This document shows, piece by piece, positions 30,235 to 40,811 of a DNA stretch of 64,000 nt (the stretch's first letter is position 1; each line of letters opens with the position of its first letter). A program made the translations under genes and the position numbers. The DNA is from an uncultured delta proteobacterium (GTDB lineage Bacteria > Desulfobacterota > Desulfomonilia > Desulfomonilales > Desulfomonilaceae). The stretch is from assembly GCA_963789265.1 (NCBI GenBank), contig CAWBKB010000001.1, forward strand, positions 416,001-480,000, given 5' to 3'. The notes beneath the pieces are model-generated. The model was not told where the DNA came from and searched no databases. It was given only the letters and a program-made list of their open reading frames with translations.

Positions 30235-32046
30235 ATGACTGAGTCTAGCCAATCCAAGGATTCGGCGTCCTTGGATGAAAACGTGGAACGCCCTTCAAGT
30301 CAGATGAAAAGAGCTACCGCCGTCGTGGGCCAAAGATCGCGGAGTTGGGTCGGCTCGATTGGGCGTTTCTTCTTCATCTGTCTTTACATTGGCTTTCTGG
30401 CCGCAGTGGTGGTCGGAATCCTTGGGGGACTCGAATATTACGCATATCTGAAGATACGAGTTTCTCCTTTAGGAGATGCGTACAAGAATCGAGATATGGA
30501 CCTGGCGCGCCGGAGTTCACAAGTAGTGGCCCCGGAGTTCGGGTACGAACCTACGCCCGGATTCGCCGCAGTACGGAACACGCGCCTCGGGAATTCGCAC
30601 GAGTACATCAACGATGAGAGTTTCAAGGACTTCGCCGACGTCCCCCTGGATAAGCCCGCCAACGAATATCGTGTATTCGTAACAGGAGGTTCCGTAATAT
30701 ACGGCCGAGGACCTGTGCCGCCCGCGGATGCGGTAACCGACTACTACGAAGTGACGTTCCGGTGGACCATTCCTCACCTCATGCAGGAGATTCTAAATGC
30801 AGATCCAAGGGTGCGCGAGAAGATCAATGGCAAGAAGATCCGTGTCATCAATGCCGGGGTGCCCGGCTATGTGATTCAAAACAGCTTGATGCGGTACCTG
30901 GCCAAGCTGCGTCTGTTTCACCCTGATTTAATAGTAGCGCTTGACGGGGCCAACGAGGTCCATACTGTGGCGCGGCCTCTGAAGGACTGGAATTACTTTA
31001 CTGAGGGGCAATATTATGAAGTAGTGAACGATGTCATGGACATGAGCAGCCGGGGCATAATGAATTACCTCACCCTCTGGTTGAAGAGGAACACTTACTT
31101 TTTCACCTGGTTGGCAATGAAGAAAGGGGAGGGGCCCGGCATATTGATGGAAGACCGCGGATTTGCCGCCTATCCTCAAGATGCTACCCCGGAGATGATA
31201 GCCTATCGCGATCGAAACATAGACCAGGTGGCGGATGTTGAAGCCATATTTCACAAGGTTTTGGAGACCGATCATGTTCCGCATGTGTTGGCTTTGCAGC
31301 CCATGTTCCGTAACTGCAAGAAGAAGCGGACGCCGATGGAAGAGAAGATAGAAAAGGTCACAGGCATGGAGAAGATAGGGTTCTACGACGCTAGACAGAC
31401 CTATGACGTTCTGGTGGACAAGATCAAAAAGCGGGCCCGGGAGGCCGGCTACGACGTGCTGGACCTGACAAAAATTTACGATAACGTGACGTCATGGGTT
31501 TTCACAGACTGGTGTCATCTCACCAATGGGGCCAATTACATCATGGCCAAGAAATTGGCCACGCAGGTGAAGAACCAAGTATTCGGCTTGACCCCGGAGA
31601 AAGACGATCTGCTGGCGACACCCAAGGACACATACTTTCGGGACTATTCAAAGAATGCCAAGGTCCTCGTCAATGATAAGCCCACCGACAGCGGCTTGCG
31701 CATCCTCAAGGGATATCCCGGACCGCAGCTTTTAGTAGAGTCGGCTCACCACAGCTCGGGACTCCCCAAAGTGGTACTCGATCTGGGTGCTGTTGTGCCG
31801 GTTTCCAGGCTAAGGATTGTCTGGGGCGATAAGAAATCCGTCCCCTCGAACTGGAAGGTGGAGCTGTCCACCGATGGCAAGACCTGGGAGCCGTGGCTTG
31901 CTGTGAACAAGACTCATACGGACAATTTCGACCAATGGCCGGGCTTCGAGTACTTGGCCTTTAGGGAGATGCCGGCCCGATATGTAAGGTACATGCCTTC
32001 CGATGAACAGCCAATTCGGCTGCGGCAGCTAAGCGTGTTCCGGTAG
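30235..32046 (+). CDS. Membrane-anchored SGNH/GDSL hydrolase-like protein with C-terminal F5/8 (discoidin)-like domain
   Basis: TM helix; VTGGSV, NAGVPG, DGANE, DWCH; LDLG...W.VELSTDG..W...ARYVR. Confidence 0.78.
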   Translation: MTESSQSKDSASLDENVERPSSQMKRATAVVGQRSRSWVGSIGRFFFICLYIGFLAAVVVGILGGLEYYAYLKIRVSPLGDAYKNRDMDLARRSSQVVAPEFGYEPTPGFAAVRNTRLGNSHEYINDESFKDFADVPLDKPANEYRVFVTGGSVIYGRGPVPPADAVTDYYEVTFRWTIPHLMQEILNADPRVREKINGKKIRVINAGVPGYVIQNSLMRYLAKLRLFHPDLIVALDGANEVHTVARPLKDWNYFTEGQYYEVVNDVMDMSSRGIMNYLTLWLKRNTYFFTWLAMKKGEGPGILMEDRGFAAYPQDATPEMIAYRDRNIDQVADVEAIFHKVLETDHVPHVLALQPMFRNCKKKRTPMEEKIEKVTGMEKIGFYDARQTYDVLVDKIKKRAREAGYDVLDLTKIYDNVTSWVFTDWCHLTNGANYIMAKKLATQVKNQVFGLTPEKDDLLATPKDTYFRDYSKNAKVLVNDKPTDSGLRILKGYPGPQLLVESAHHSSGLPKVVLDLGAVVPVSRLRIVWGDKKSVPSNWKVELSTDGKTWEPWLAVNKTHTDNFDQWPGFEYLAFREMPARYVRYMPSDEQPIRLRQLSVFR

Positions 32047-32084
32047 GCCGGATTGAAAATTTGTTCGCGTCGGACATAAAGTGT

Positions 32085-32113
32085 TTGTCTCCTTTTGAGG
32101 AATAGAGTATAAA
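32085..32113 (+). promoter_or_regulatory. Sigma70 promoter for rpmI
   Basis: TTGTCT-17 bp-TATAAA. Confidence 0.5.
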
Positions 32114-32181
32114 TTAAAGTTTAATGTAGCTATCCCGTGGCTTAGGGCCGTTCATGCGCCGCGGGACAGGGAGACTCGAAT

Positions 32182-32379
32182 ATGCCCAAATTGAAATCTT
32201 GCCGTGGCGCGGCCAAACGGTTCACCATTCTCAAGAGTGGGAAGATTAAGAGAAAGAAGGCCTACCACAGCCACATCCTTACGACCAAGACTACCAAGCA
32301 GAAGCGAAACCTCAGGAAGGAAGCCTTCATTGACCCGAAGGATGCGAAACAGATCAGACGATTACTGCCGTACGGATAA
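32182..32379 (+). CDS. rpmI: 50S ribosomal protein L35
   Basis: MPKLKS.RGAAKRF...[14 protein letters not shown]. Confidence 0.97.
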   Translation: MPKLKSCRGAAKRFTILKSGKIKRKKAYHSHILTTKTTKQKRNLRKEAFIDPKDAKQIRRLLPYG

Positions 32380-32563
32380 GAGCACCAAGCATCTGTTTGG
32401 GATCCTCACGCGACAAAGAAGCGACGCGTGGGGTCTATCATGAGTTCATAAAGAGCTGAGGCGCGACCACCATGTTGCAGGAAAGATTCTCTAAGCTGTC
32501 TCGCTCGAAAGAAAGGCTCTTGAAGAAGGATATCAGGCTGTCTGCCTGGTCAAGGAGTTAATG

Positions 32564-32925
32564 ATGCCCAGAGCACGAAGCGCACCGGCCAGCAGGGCCA
32601 GAAGAAACAAGATCATGAAGGCGGCCAAGGGATACGTTGGCGGCCGAAGCAGAACGCTGAAACAGGCGAAAGAGACCGTGGAAAGGGCTCTTTGCTATGC
32701 ATATCGAGATCGCAGGACTAGAAAGCGCGATTTTCGCCGTCTCTGGATTACGAGGATCAGCGCGGGAGCCCGCCAGCAACGGCCTCCCGTACAACCCGCT
32801 TCGTGGAGGGTCTGAAGAAAGCCGACGTGGCTCTGGACAGGAAGATCCTCGCTGATTTGGCCGTGACGGACGCAGCCGCATTCGCAACTGTAGTTCAAGA
32901 AGCAAAGTCCGCCCTGGGGTCTTGA
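32564..32925 (+). CDS. rplT: 50S ribosomal protein L20 (apparent +1 frameshift near 32796)
   Basis: AKGY.G.RS...[20 protein letters not shown]; continues [24 protein letters not shown] after removing one C. Confidence 0.95.
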
Positions 32926-33158
32926 GGCCCTTCTCACGGAGAAGGATAATATAGGACCGGCTGTTGAGAATTGCGTCTCAATGCTAACCGGAAATATCTG
33001 CCGTTCCTTTTTCCCTCCCTCCCCCGGAGAGGGCAGGTGTTTCCGTCCTTCGGAGCAGTGGTCAGGAAAAGATGGTTCGGACGCGAACCTCAACGGGCTT
33101 AATCAAAAAAGCGGTTGAAAGAAACCAGCTTTTGGAACGGCGCTCGGGCGAACTGACG

Positions 33159-33183
33159 GCGGTCTTTTAGGGCCGCTTTTTTT
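33159..33183 (+). terminator. Intrinsic terminator-like hairpin just upstream of pheS
   Basis: GCGGTCT-TTT-AGGGCCGC followed by T7. Confidence 0.6.
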
Positions 33184-33199
33184 GGTTTGTGAGGATACC

Positions 33200-34216
33200 A
33201 TGAAAGAGCAACTCGATAGACTTAGAGAACAAACCCTTGTGTCGATCGCCCGGCTTGAAGATGAAAAGTCTTTGGCGGATGCAAAGACTCGTGTACTCGG
33301 CCGGAAGGGCGAACTGACCACGCTCCTGAGAAGTCTGAGGGATCTGCCTCCTGACGAGCGCTCGAAGATCGGGCAACTGGCAAATACAATCAAGGCTGAA
33401 TTGGAAGAAAAGTTCGGCGAAAAAGAAGCCGCTCTGCGTTTACAAGCCGAGCAAGTAAAGCTCGCCGTAGAGTTCGTAGATGTCACTCTTCCCGGCAGAA
33501 GATCCATGCCCGGCCGCACGCATATTTTGAACAGAGTTACCGATGAATTGATCGAGGTGTTTAGAGGATTGGGCTTTCAGTTGGCCGAAGGTCCGGAAGT
33601 GGAGTTGGATTACTACAACTTTGAGGCTCTGAATATTCCTCGGGACCATCCTGCCAGAGACATGCAGGACACATTTTACTTCTCGGATAATGTGGTGTTG
33701 AGAACCCACACTTCACCCGTTCAGATCCGAACAATGGAAAAGCAGGAGCCCCCGATTCGGGTAATTTGCCCGGGCAAGGTGTACCGAAGAGATGCCGACA
33801 TTACTCATTCTCCGATGTTCATGCAGATTGAAGGGCTTTGGGTGGACAAAGGCATCTCGCTGGCCGATCTGAAAGGGGTACTTACGGCCTTCGTGCACGA
33901 ATATTTCGGAGAAAGGTATTCTCTGCGCTTTCGACCCAGTTTTTTTCCATTTACCGAGCCATCGGCCGAGGTGGATATACAGTGTGTGATCTGCGGCGGA
34001 ACCGGCTGCAGAACGTGCTCCAACACAGGTTGGTTGGAGATCCTGGGTTCGGGGATGGTGGACCCGGAGCTTTATCGGTTTGTAAACTACGACCCGGAGA
34101 TTTACACGGGGTTTGCTTTCGGCATGGGGGTCGAAAGGGTCGCTATGCTGAAGTACGGAATCCCGGATATCCGAACCTTTTACGAGAACGACGTACGCTT
34201 TTTGAATCAGTTCTGA
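33200..34216 (+). CDS. pheS: Phenylalanine-tRNA ligase alpha subunit
   Basis: HPARDMQDTF, LRTHTSPVQ, FPFTEPS, GFAFGMGVER. Confidence 0.98.
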   Translation: MKEQLDRLREQTLVSIARLEDEKSLADAKTRVLGRKGELTTLLRSLRDLPPDERSKIGQLANTIKAELEEKFGEKEAALRLQAEQVKLAVEFVDVTLPGRRSMPGRTHILNRVTDELIEVFRGLGFQLAEGPEVELDYYNFEALNIPRDHPARDMQDTFYFSDNVVLRTHTSPVQIRTMEKQEPPIRVICPGKVYRRDADITHSPMFMQIEGLWVDKGISLADLKGVLTAFVHEYFGERYSLRFRPSFFPFTEPSAEVDIQCVICGGTGCRTCSNTGWLEILGSGMVDPELYRFVNYDPEIYTGFAFGMGVERVAMLKYGIPDIRTFYENDVRFLNQF

Positions 34217-34341
34217 TGCCGAATGTGGCGGTTAATCTGTCGTGCCCTCATAGGGTCCTTGTGGCAAGCGTCTCTTGAAACGGCAGTGGGAGAAGCCGTT
34301 ATTGTGCGGCTTTTTCTCGATTTGATAAGGGGTGAACGGAA

Positions 34342-36754
34342 ATGCTCGTCAGCGTGAACTGGCTGAAGGACTTCGTGGAAATCGATCGATCCGCTGAGGA
34401 GATCGCCGATCTTCTTACCATGGGAGGTATCGAGGTGGAGAGCGTGTCCCACGTGGGGCACGAACTTGAAACAGTATTTATTGGCAAGGTGGAAGAAACA
34501 AGTGCTCATCCGAAGTCCGAAAAGCTCAGTCTGGCGCGCATCAGTCTGAACGAGCGGGAGGTTACGGTTGTTTGTGGTGCCCCCAATCTACGCGCAGGCC
34601 AATTAGTCCCATACGCGGCTCCCGGTACTGTTCTCATATCCGGGCAGAAGATAGAAGAGACGGAAATCAAGGGCGAGCCTTCCTCGGGAATGCTTTGCTC
34701 GGAAAAAGAGTTGGGTTTGGGAGACGACGCGTCGGGCATTCTCGTTCTGGATGAATCTTGCAAACCCGGAATGTCTCTTACAAAAGCTTTTCCGCTCGTA
34801 AAAGATGCGATCTTGGAGATATCGGTCACGCCCAACCGCGGGGATTGCCTTTCGGTCCTCGGCGTTGCCCGAGAACTGGCGGCTCTCACAGGAGCCTCAT
34901 GGAAAGTTCCGGAGGTGCCTGTTGCAAAAGGGCCGGCCAGTGTCAAGAAGAGGATAATCATAGAAGTCCCGGACCCGGACCTCTGTCCGCGTTATGTGGC
35001 GACCATGGTTGAAGGCGTCAAGATCGGACCGTCTCCTCTGGAGATCCGTCTCAAACTGATCAGGGCAGGAGTACGTCCGATCTGCAATGTTGTGGATGCC
35101 ACAAATCTTGTTCTCATGGAATGCGGGCAACCGCTCCACGCGTTTGACTACGACCTGCTGGAAGACCGGCGGATCGTGGTGCGCCGCTGCAACCCTGGTG
35201 AGAGGTTCGTGACTCTGGATGGGGTCGAGAGGCGGCTGCCCGAGAATGCTCTGATGATCCGGGACGGCAAACGATCTGTGGCTCTCGCTGGAATCATGGG
35301 CGGGATGAATTCGGAGATTACAGAAAACACTTCCTGCGTGCTAATCGAGAGCGCCTGTTTCGAGAGGTTCGGCATCAGGCGAACTGCCAAGGCTCTGGGA
35401 ATGAGTACCGAAGCCTCATACAGGTTTGAACGAGGAATAGACCCCGAGGGCACGATCTGGGCTGCTCACCGGGTCGCACATCTTATCTGTCAATTGGCGG
35501 GAGGGACGGTTCTATCCGGCCGCGTCGATGTTTATCCTGCTCCCATTGTGAGGCCTCCAGTTTCTGTCAGACCAAACAAAGTGAACAGCCTGTTGGGTTT
35601 GAGCTTGAAGGACGAAGAGATTTCTTCCTATCTGATGAGGCTTGGAAATACCGTCAAACAAGCCGCTGGGATGAACGGAGAGATAGTGAGTGTTCCTCCT
35701 TCCTGGCGCTGGGATTTGGATAGAGAGGAGGACATGGCAGAAGAGGTGGCCCGGCTCCACGGTTTTCAAAATATACCCGTATCCATGCCCTGCTACAGAT
35801 CCGCCCCGGATAGGAGCGGTGAGAACTTGAACCGCATTCGACGGGTGAATACGTTATTGAACGCCTCCGGTTTCTCCGAGGTGATTACAATGTCCTTCGT
35901 ATCCGTGGACGCGGCACGTGAGTTCAGCACTAAGTCGGGAGACCCGGGAGAATTGATCCTAATCAATCCTCTAACGGAGGATTATGTTGCGATGCGGACT
36001 TCACTTATCCCAGGGATTCTGGCCGTGACGAAGCGAAACATAAATTTTCGTTCCGAGAATTTAAGGCTTTATGAAGTGGGTAAGACTTTTTCGCCGGTGC
36101 CTGGAGACGAACTCCCCAGAGAAGACCTGAGATTGGCAGGGATAGCTACGGGAGCGCGATACCCGGAACTCTGGAACCTTCCGCGCGATCAGGAAGTCGA
36201 TTTCTACGACGTGAAGGGGGTGCTGGAAAGCCTTTTGGAAGGCTTGGGTGTCCAGGAAGTGGTCTTCGTGCCATCGAATGTCCCCTTCCTGCATCCGGGC
36301 AAATCCGCGGACATGATCCTCGAGGGCGAGAAACATTGGTTTTCTGGGAGAGGTGGCACCCGCGAAAACTCGGGAATACGATTTGCCTGGAAGAACTCTC
36401 ATGTTTGAGGTTCTCCTGGAGCCTCTGTTCGTTCGGATGCGCAAGGAGAGAGTTTTCACGCCTATTCCTCGCTACCCTTATATAGAGAGGGATTTATCAT
36501 TCATCGTTGAAGAAAAAGTTTCAGGTGATATGATTAAACACTTGATTTCACGTTTGGCACATGATATTATTGCGTCCGTGATCCTATTCGATTTGTATCG
36601 AGGAAAATCCATTCCGGAGGGCTGCCAAAGTATGGCCTTTCGGGTCCGATATCAGGCAGAGGACCGCACTCTGACTGATGAGGAAGTCCAGGAGGTCCAT
36701 TCTCGTGTGGCGGACGCCCTTGTAAGGGAATTGGGCGCCACAATGAGGGAATGA
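34342..36754 (+). CDS. pheT: Phenylalanine-tRNA ligase beta subunit (apparent frameshift near 36331)
   Basis: VCGAPN, TPNRGDCLS, RFERG, EEVARLHG; FDX-ACB domain in ORF 36353-36754. Confidence 0.96.
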
Positions 36755-36869
36755 GGACCGAAACAGCCGGCGCCTAGAAGTTACAGACCGGCCAGGCTCA
36801 ATCGGTGCCTTCTCGGTAAGACCTCTGGATCCTGTTGGATTGGATTCTCATGTGAGGGGTGGTCGCGCT

Positions 36870-37298
36870 ATGACTATCGCAATTCCGGAGAAGCAGTATT
36901 TCAAGATCGGTGAAGTAAGTGAAATTCTGGATGTTGAGCCGTATGTTCTCAGGTACTGGGAATCGGAATTCAAGATTCTCAAGCCGACCCGGACTCGAGC
37001 TCGACAGCGTCTTTATCACAAAAAGGACCTCGAACTCCTTCTTGAAATTAAGCATCTCCTGTACGATGAAAAATTTACCATCGCCGGAGCCAAGAAGCGC
37101 CTTCAGGAGATGAAGAAGCAGGTCTCCGCTGAGAAAAAGGCAAAAAGGCCGGCGAGAACGGCTAAATCCAGAGAGGAACTTGAGGTTCCCTCCATAAGAA
37201 TGGAGAATTTGACACATTCAGGTAATACGGATTACCGGGAAATTCTCCTGGAGATCAAGAAAGAGTTGAAGGAACTCAGGTCAATCCTGGAAGGGTAA
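36870..37298 (+). CDS. MerR-family regulator
   Basis: YFKIGEVSEILDVEPYVLRYWESEF...FTIAGAK; usual neighbour of pheT. Confidence 0.92.
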   Translation: MTIAIPEKQYFKIGEVSEILDVEPYVLRYWESEFKILKPTRTRARQRLYHKKDLELLLEIKHLLYDEKFTIAGAKKRLQEMKKQVSAEKKAKRPARTAKSREELEVPSIRMENLTHSGNTDYREILLEIKKELKELRSILEG

Positions 37299-37459
37299 CT
37301 TCCCGATATACCTTTTTGAGCCCTTTTTGCGTGCCGTGCCCCGATCGGTAACCTGGAATATGTGAGGATTGTGCATCGCTCAATCCTTTTTTGTTTTTGG
37401 AGGGCCCGCAAGCGGCAAACCGACGGGTCACCATTCGCTTACGGGTGGGCACGCCTTCC

Positions 37460-37668
37460 GGAACTGTCTCAAAACTAATGAACCGAACCGAATCGAAACA
37501 CGAAATCCCCTCACCCTAGCTCTCCCCCACAGAGGGAGAAGACCATAATAGCTGCTCTAGAACAGCTCCCTCTCCGTCTGTGAGAGAGCCGGGGTGGGGC
37601 AACGAAATACGCACCGGGATTCCATCGTGCCACGATTTGGGTCGCCCAAATATTTTTGAGACACTTTC
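37460..37668. mobile_element. MITE with IS1182-type ends
   Basis: GGAACTGTCTCAAAA...TTTTGAGACACTTTC match the TIRs of the IS at 48469-50144. Confidence 0.75.
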
Positions 37669-37828
37669 CGAAAACCTGCCCAACAGGTTTAATGACACTT
37701 TCCCGCGGAAAACTGCTGGCGGTTCGGTTTTTTGTTGCCTGAACAGGCTCTCTGAATTATAGTTTAATAAGAATTATCTGGTGAAAAGTGTTTTATAATT
37801 TTGAATGCCAAGATCATAGGAGCTAAAA

Positions 37829-38026
37829 ATGAGCACTCCCATGCATTGTCCCGGCTTGCAGGCTAACAAAAATTTGGCGTCTTTCACCTGCAAATGTCCC
37901 AACTGCGGCAAGGAGAAGGAAATTTTTTCCGACGAATTCGACAGGCCACACACTTGTGCAGCGTGCAATCAGCCCATCGATTTTAACCAATGTACCCTGG
38001 AATCCGGAAGCTTTCAGTTGAAGTAG
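37829..38026 (+). CDS. Small Cys-rich zinc-ribbon protein
   Basis: AGGAG RBS; HCPG...CKCPNCG..KEIFSDE...CAAC. Confidence 0.75.
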   Translation: MSTPMHCPGLQANKNLASFTCKCPNCGKEKEIFSDEFDRPHTCAACNQPIDFNQCTLESGSFQLK

Positions 38027-38386
38027 CTGTCGAAGCCAGATCAAGTGAGGCGTTTCGCCGCCGGCTACATGCCGGACGGTCGATCGAATGCGGCTACTGC
38101 CTACACAGGGTGGTGGACGCGATGTGTACAGCAATTGCTAAAAAATTTGGTACGAGTCGCCCCGAGTTCCGCGAAGTCACCCGGACCTCGATCCGGGGTA
38201 GGTCGGGCCATGCCCGATCCCGCTAAGAGCGGGACGACGGCCGCGGGCCGCCCTACGCTATGCCCGTGTACGCGGACATGACTGCGGCAGGATGCCCGTC
38301 CACCAGAAGCCCGGTGTCACCTGCTTGAAGGAGAATCGGTGTAAGGCGTGTGTCCGACGGAAGAATCGCTTCAATCACTCTGCAAA

Positions 38387-39904
38387 TCACGTGAGGCGGC
38401 TCGTCGCTCGGCTTCCTCTTTGGTCGCTCACGGGAAGGCAAATCGTGAAACAGGCCCCTTTTCCTGGTTCGCTTTCCACGTCAATAGTCCCACCGTGCTC
38501 CTTTATGAAGCCATAACATATACTTAGGCCTAGCCCCACGCCCTTTAAGACCTCTTTCTTGGTGGTAAAAAAAGCGTCAAAGACACGATCCAGGTTCTCT
38601 GGGGGTATTCCCACCCCTGTATCTTCTATCCTGATGGTTATATTATTGTTGGTGAAGTCCGCGCCGCTGGATACACGAAGTTGGCCTCCCGACTCCATAG
38701 CCGCATTGGCATTTATTATCATGTTGATAAGAACCTGCTTCAACTGGCTTTCAACAGCCATGATGTGGGGCAGATCAGGATTGAGATCCGTAAATACCTG
38801 TATGTTGAGGTTCATGAACTGCTTCTCGTAAAACAGTAAGGTCTCTTCGATGAGTCTGTTGACATCGGTGACAGCTCTTTTTTCATCGTCCGGTTTGAAA
38901 AACTTGAGCATCTTTATGAGAAGCACCGATGTCCGCTTACACTCGTCATAAGCCAGGTCCACAAACTTGCGCTTGTAATTGTCCCGGGGCACTGCATCTT
39001 TGATAAGTTCCAGGCAGTTCATGATGCCATAAATCGGATTATTCAATTCATGAGCCAATTGGGAAGCCATTTTACCCATCGCGGAAAGTCTCTCTGCCTG
39101 AATCAGTCGCTTCTGAAGACGGTTTCGCTCTGTGGTATCTCTCATGAGACCCTGATAACTCACGATCCGGTCGGAACTGTCCCGTCCAGCGTATCCGCTC
39201 ATGGAAACATCTCTTAATGTTCCGTCCTTACGTCTTATCCGTATTTCATAGTCCTTGACTACTCCCTGCTTGAGAAACTTTTTCCTGAAGTCCAACATCT
39301 CTTCCCGGCCCACGAACAGGTCTCGGTAGTAATTCATTGCCAGGAATTCCGCTTTCGTATAGCCGGTGATGTCGCACACGGCCTGGTTGCAGTTCGTTAC
39401 CGTCCCCGCTGCATCCGCTATAAACATTCCGTCCTGAATGTTTTCAAACAAGTCCCTGAACTTGATTTCGGTAGCGGCCAGTTGGTCGCTCATGAGTTTC
39501 TTTTCCGTGTGATCGACCACAAACCCGCGATATCCCTGAACCCGGCCCTGTTTGTCTTTCCATACATGGCTGGACAGGCTCACATACAAAGGACGTCCGT
39601 CCTTGCGTTTGAAAGTCGCTTCATAGTCCTGAACGTAGCCCTGCTCTTCAATTGTCTTCTGAAACCTGATCCGATCTTCGGGGTTCATCCAGAGATCTCT
39701 ATTGAGGTCCAGTGCCAGGCCCTCTTCCACCATGCTGTAGCCTAGCATCCCCACCAGGGCTTTGTTGCAATCCAAGAATCGCCCTTCGCGGGTGCTAATG
39801 TAAAAGCCGTCGCGGGCCTGCTGGAAGAAACCGATATAATTTCGCTGGATCTCCGTAATGCGGTCATCGATTTCGTCAGGGGTCATGTGGTAGACCGATT
39901 TCAT
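38387..39904 (-). CDS. PAS-PAS sensor histidine kinase
   Basis: Two PAS domains, LAHELNNP, NMIINA, DTGVG, GLGLS. Confidence 0.93.
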   Translation of the reverse strand: MKSVYHMTPDEIDDRITEIQRNYIGFFQQARDGFYISTREGRFLDCNKALVGMLGYSMVEEGLALDLNRDLWMNPEDRIRFQKTIEEQGYVQDYEATFKRKDGRPLYVSLSSHVWKDKQGRVQGYRGFVVDHTEKKLMSDQLAATEIKFRDLFENIQDGMFIADAAGTVTNCNQAVCDITGYTKAEFLAMNYYRDLFVGREEMLDFRKKFLKQGVVKDYEIRIRRKDGTLRDVSMSGYAGRDSSDRIVSYQGLMRDTTERNRLQKRLIQAERLSAMGKMASQLAHELNNPIYGIMNCLELIKDAVPRDNYKRKFVDLAYDECKRTSVLLIKMLKFFKPDDEKRAVTDVNRLIEETLLFYEKQFMNLNIQVFTDLNPDLPHIMAVESQLKQVLINMIINANAAMESGGQLRVSSGADFTNNNITIRIEDTGVGIPPENLDRVFDAFFTTKKEVLKGVGLGLSICYGFIKEHGGTIDVESEPGKGACFTICLPVSDQRGSRATSRLT

Positions 39905-39972
39905 AGAACCTCCGTGACCACAAGGCGTGCTTAAGGAAATTACCGAATTAGAGACGGGCCGACATCTGTTTC

Positions 39973-40542
39973 TCAGTCCGCGTGCAGCAGGCGAGACACT
40001 TCTCTTTTTAGCATTTCCAGGGGAAAAGGTTTGGCAAAGCAGACATCCGCGCCATTTTGTTTCATCTTTTGATAATTCTCCTCGTCCAAGTACACGGAGA
40101 GGACCATGACCTTGATGTGGCTTCTTGATGGGTCCTGCTTTATTCTGCGGCACACCTCGTGCCCATCCATATTGGGCATCATGATGTCGAGGATCAGCAA
40201 GTCCGGGTTGAAACGGCTTACCTGAAATCCCGCCTCAAATCCGTCGGACGCGGACACAATTTCGTAATCGTAAGGCTCTTCTTCAAGGGTTCGTACAATG
40301 GTCTCCACTATCAGGGCGTCGTCTTCCACCACAAGTATCTTATGGGAAGGTCCTTCCACTACGCTATCAATAACAGGCAAGCCCCGGCACCTTAGAAACT
40401 CTTCAAGATCTTCTCGCCTCACGCGGCGATGCATTCCGCCCACTCTGTGTGCGATCAACTGCCCCTCATCGATCCAGTTGGAGACTGTCTGAGGCGAAAC
40501 GCCACAGTACTTACTTGCTTGATAAAGGGTCAGAGTTTCCAT
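39973..40542 (-). CDS. Response regulator with N-terminal excisionase-type HTH
   Basis: LTLYQASKYCGVSPQTVSNWID...GGMHRRV; VEDD, LDIMMP, KPF. Confidence 0.9.
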   Translation of the reverse strand: METLTLYQASKYCGVSPQTVSNWIDEGQLIAHRVGGMHRRVRREDLEEFLRCRGLPVIDSVVEGPSHKILVVEDDALIVETIVRTLEEEPYDYEIVSASDGFEAGFQVSRFNPDLLILDIMMPNMDGHEVCRRIKQDPSRSHIKVMVLSVYLDEENYQKMKQNGADVCFAKPFPLEMLKREVSRLLHAD

Positions 40543-40811
40543 TGGGATAATGTTCCATGATGTGATGCCATGGTTCTTGTAGCAGTCGGAACTTGCACCG
40601 TTCAGCGGGCACCGTAGACTCACCGAGAATGCCGAGAAAGAGCAAGTTATCCAGCTTCACGTGCGCCGGCGCCACGTACAATCAGGCTGGTCTTGCCGTT
40701 TTGGCAGGCCGGAATTTGCTGCGCCCATCGTGCAGACATGGAAGAGAACAGAATTCTCCGCGGTCTCTGCGTTCTTCGCGGTGAGCGATTATTTCCATTT
40801 TTTAGGGTTTG

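Noticed and set aside
32564..36754. rplT and pheT as pseudogenes
   Set aside because: Essential genes with single-base insertions and otherwise intact sequence; most likely sequencing errors
39973..40542. Prophage excisionase
   Set aside because: The HTH is fused to a receiver domain and paired with a histidine kinase; no phage genes nearby
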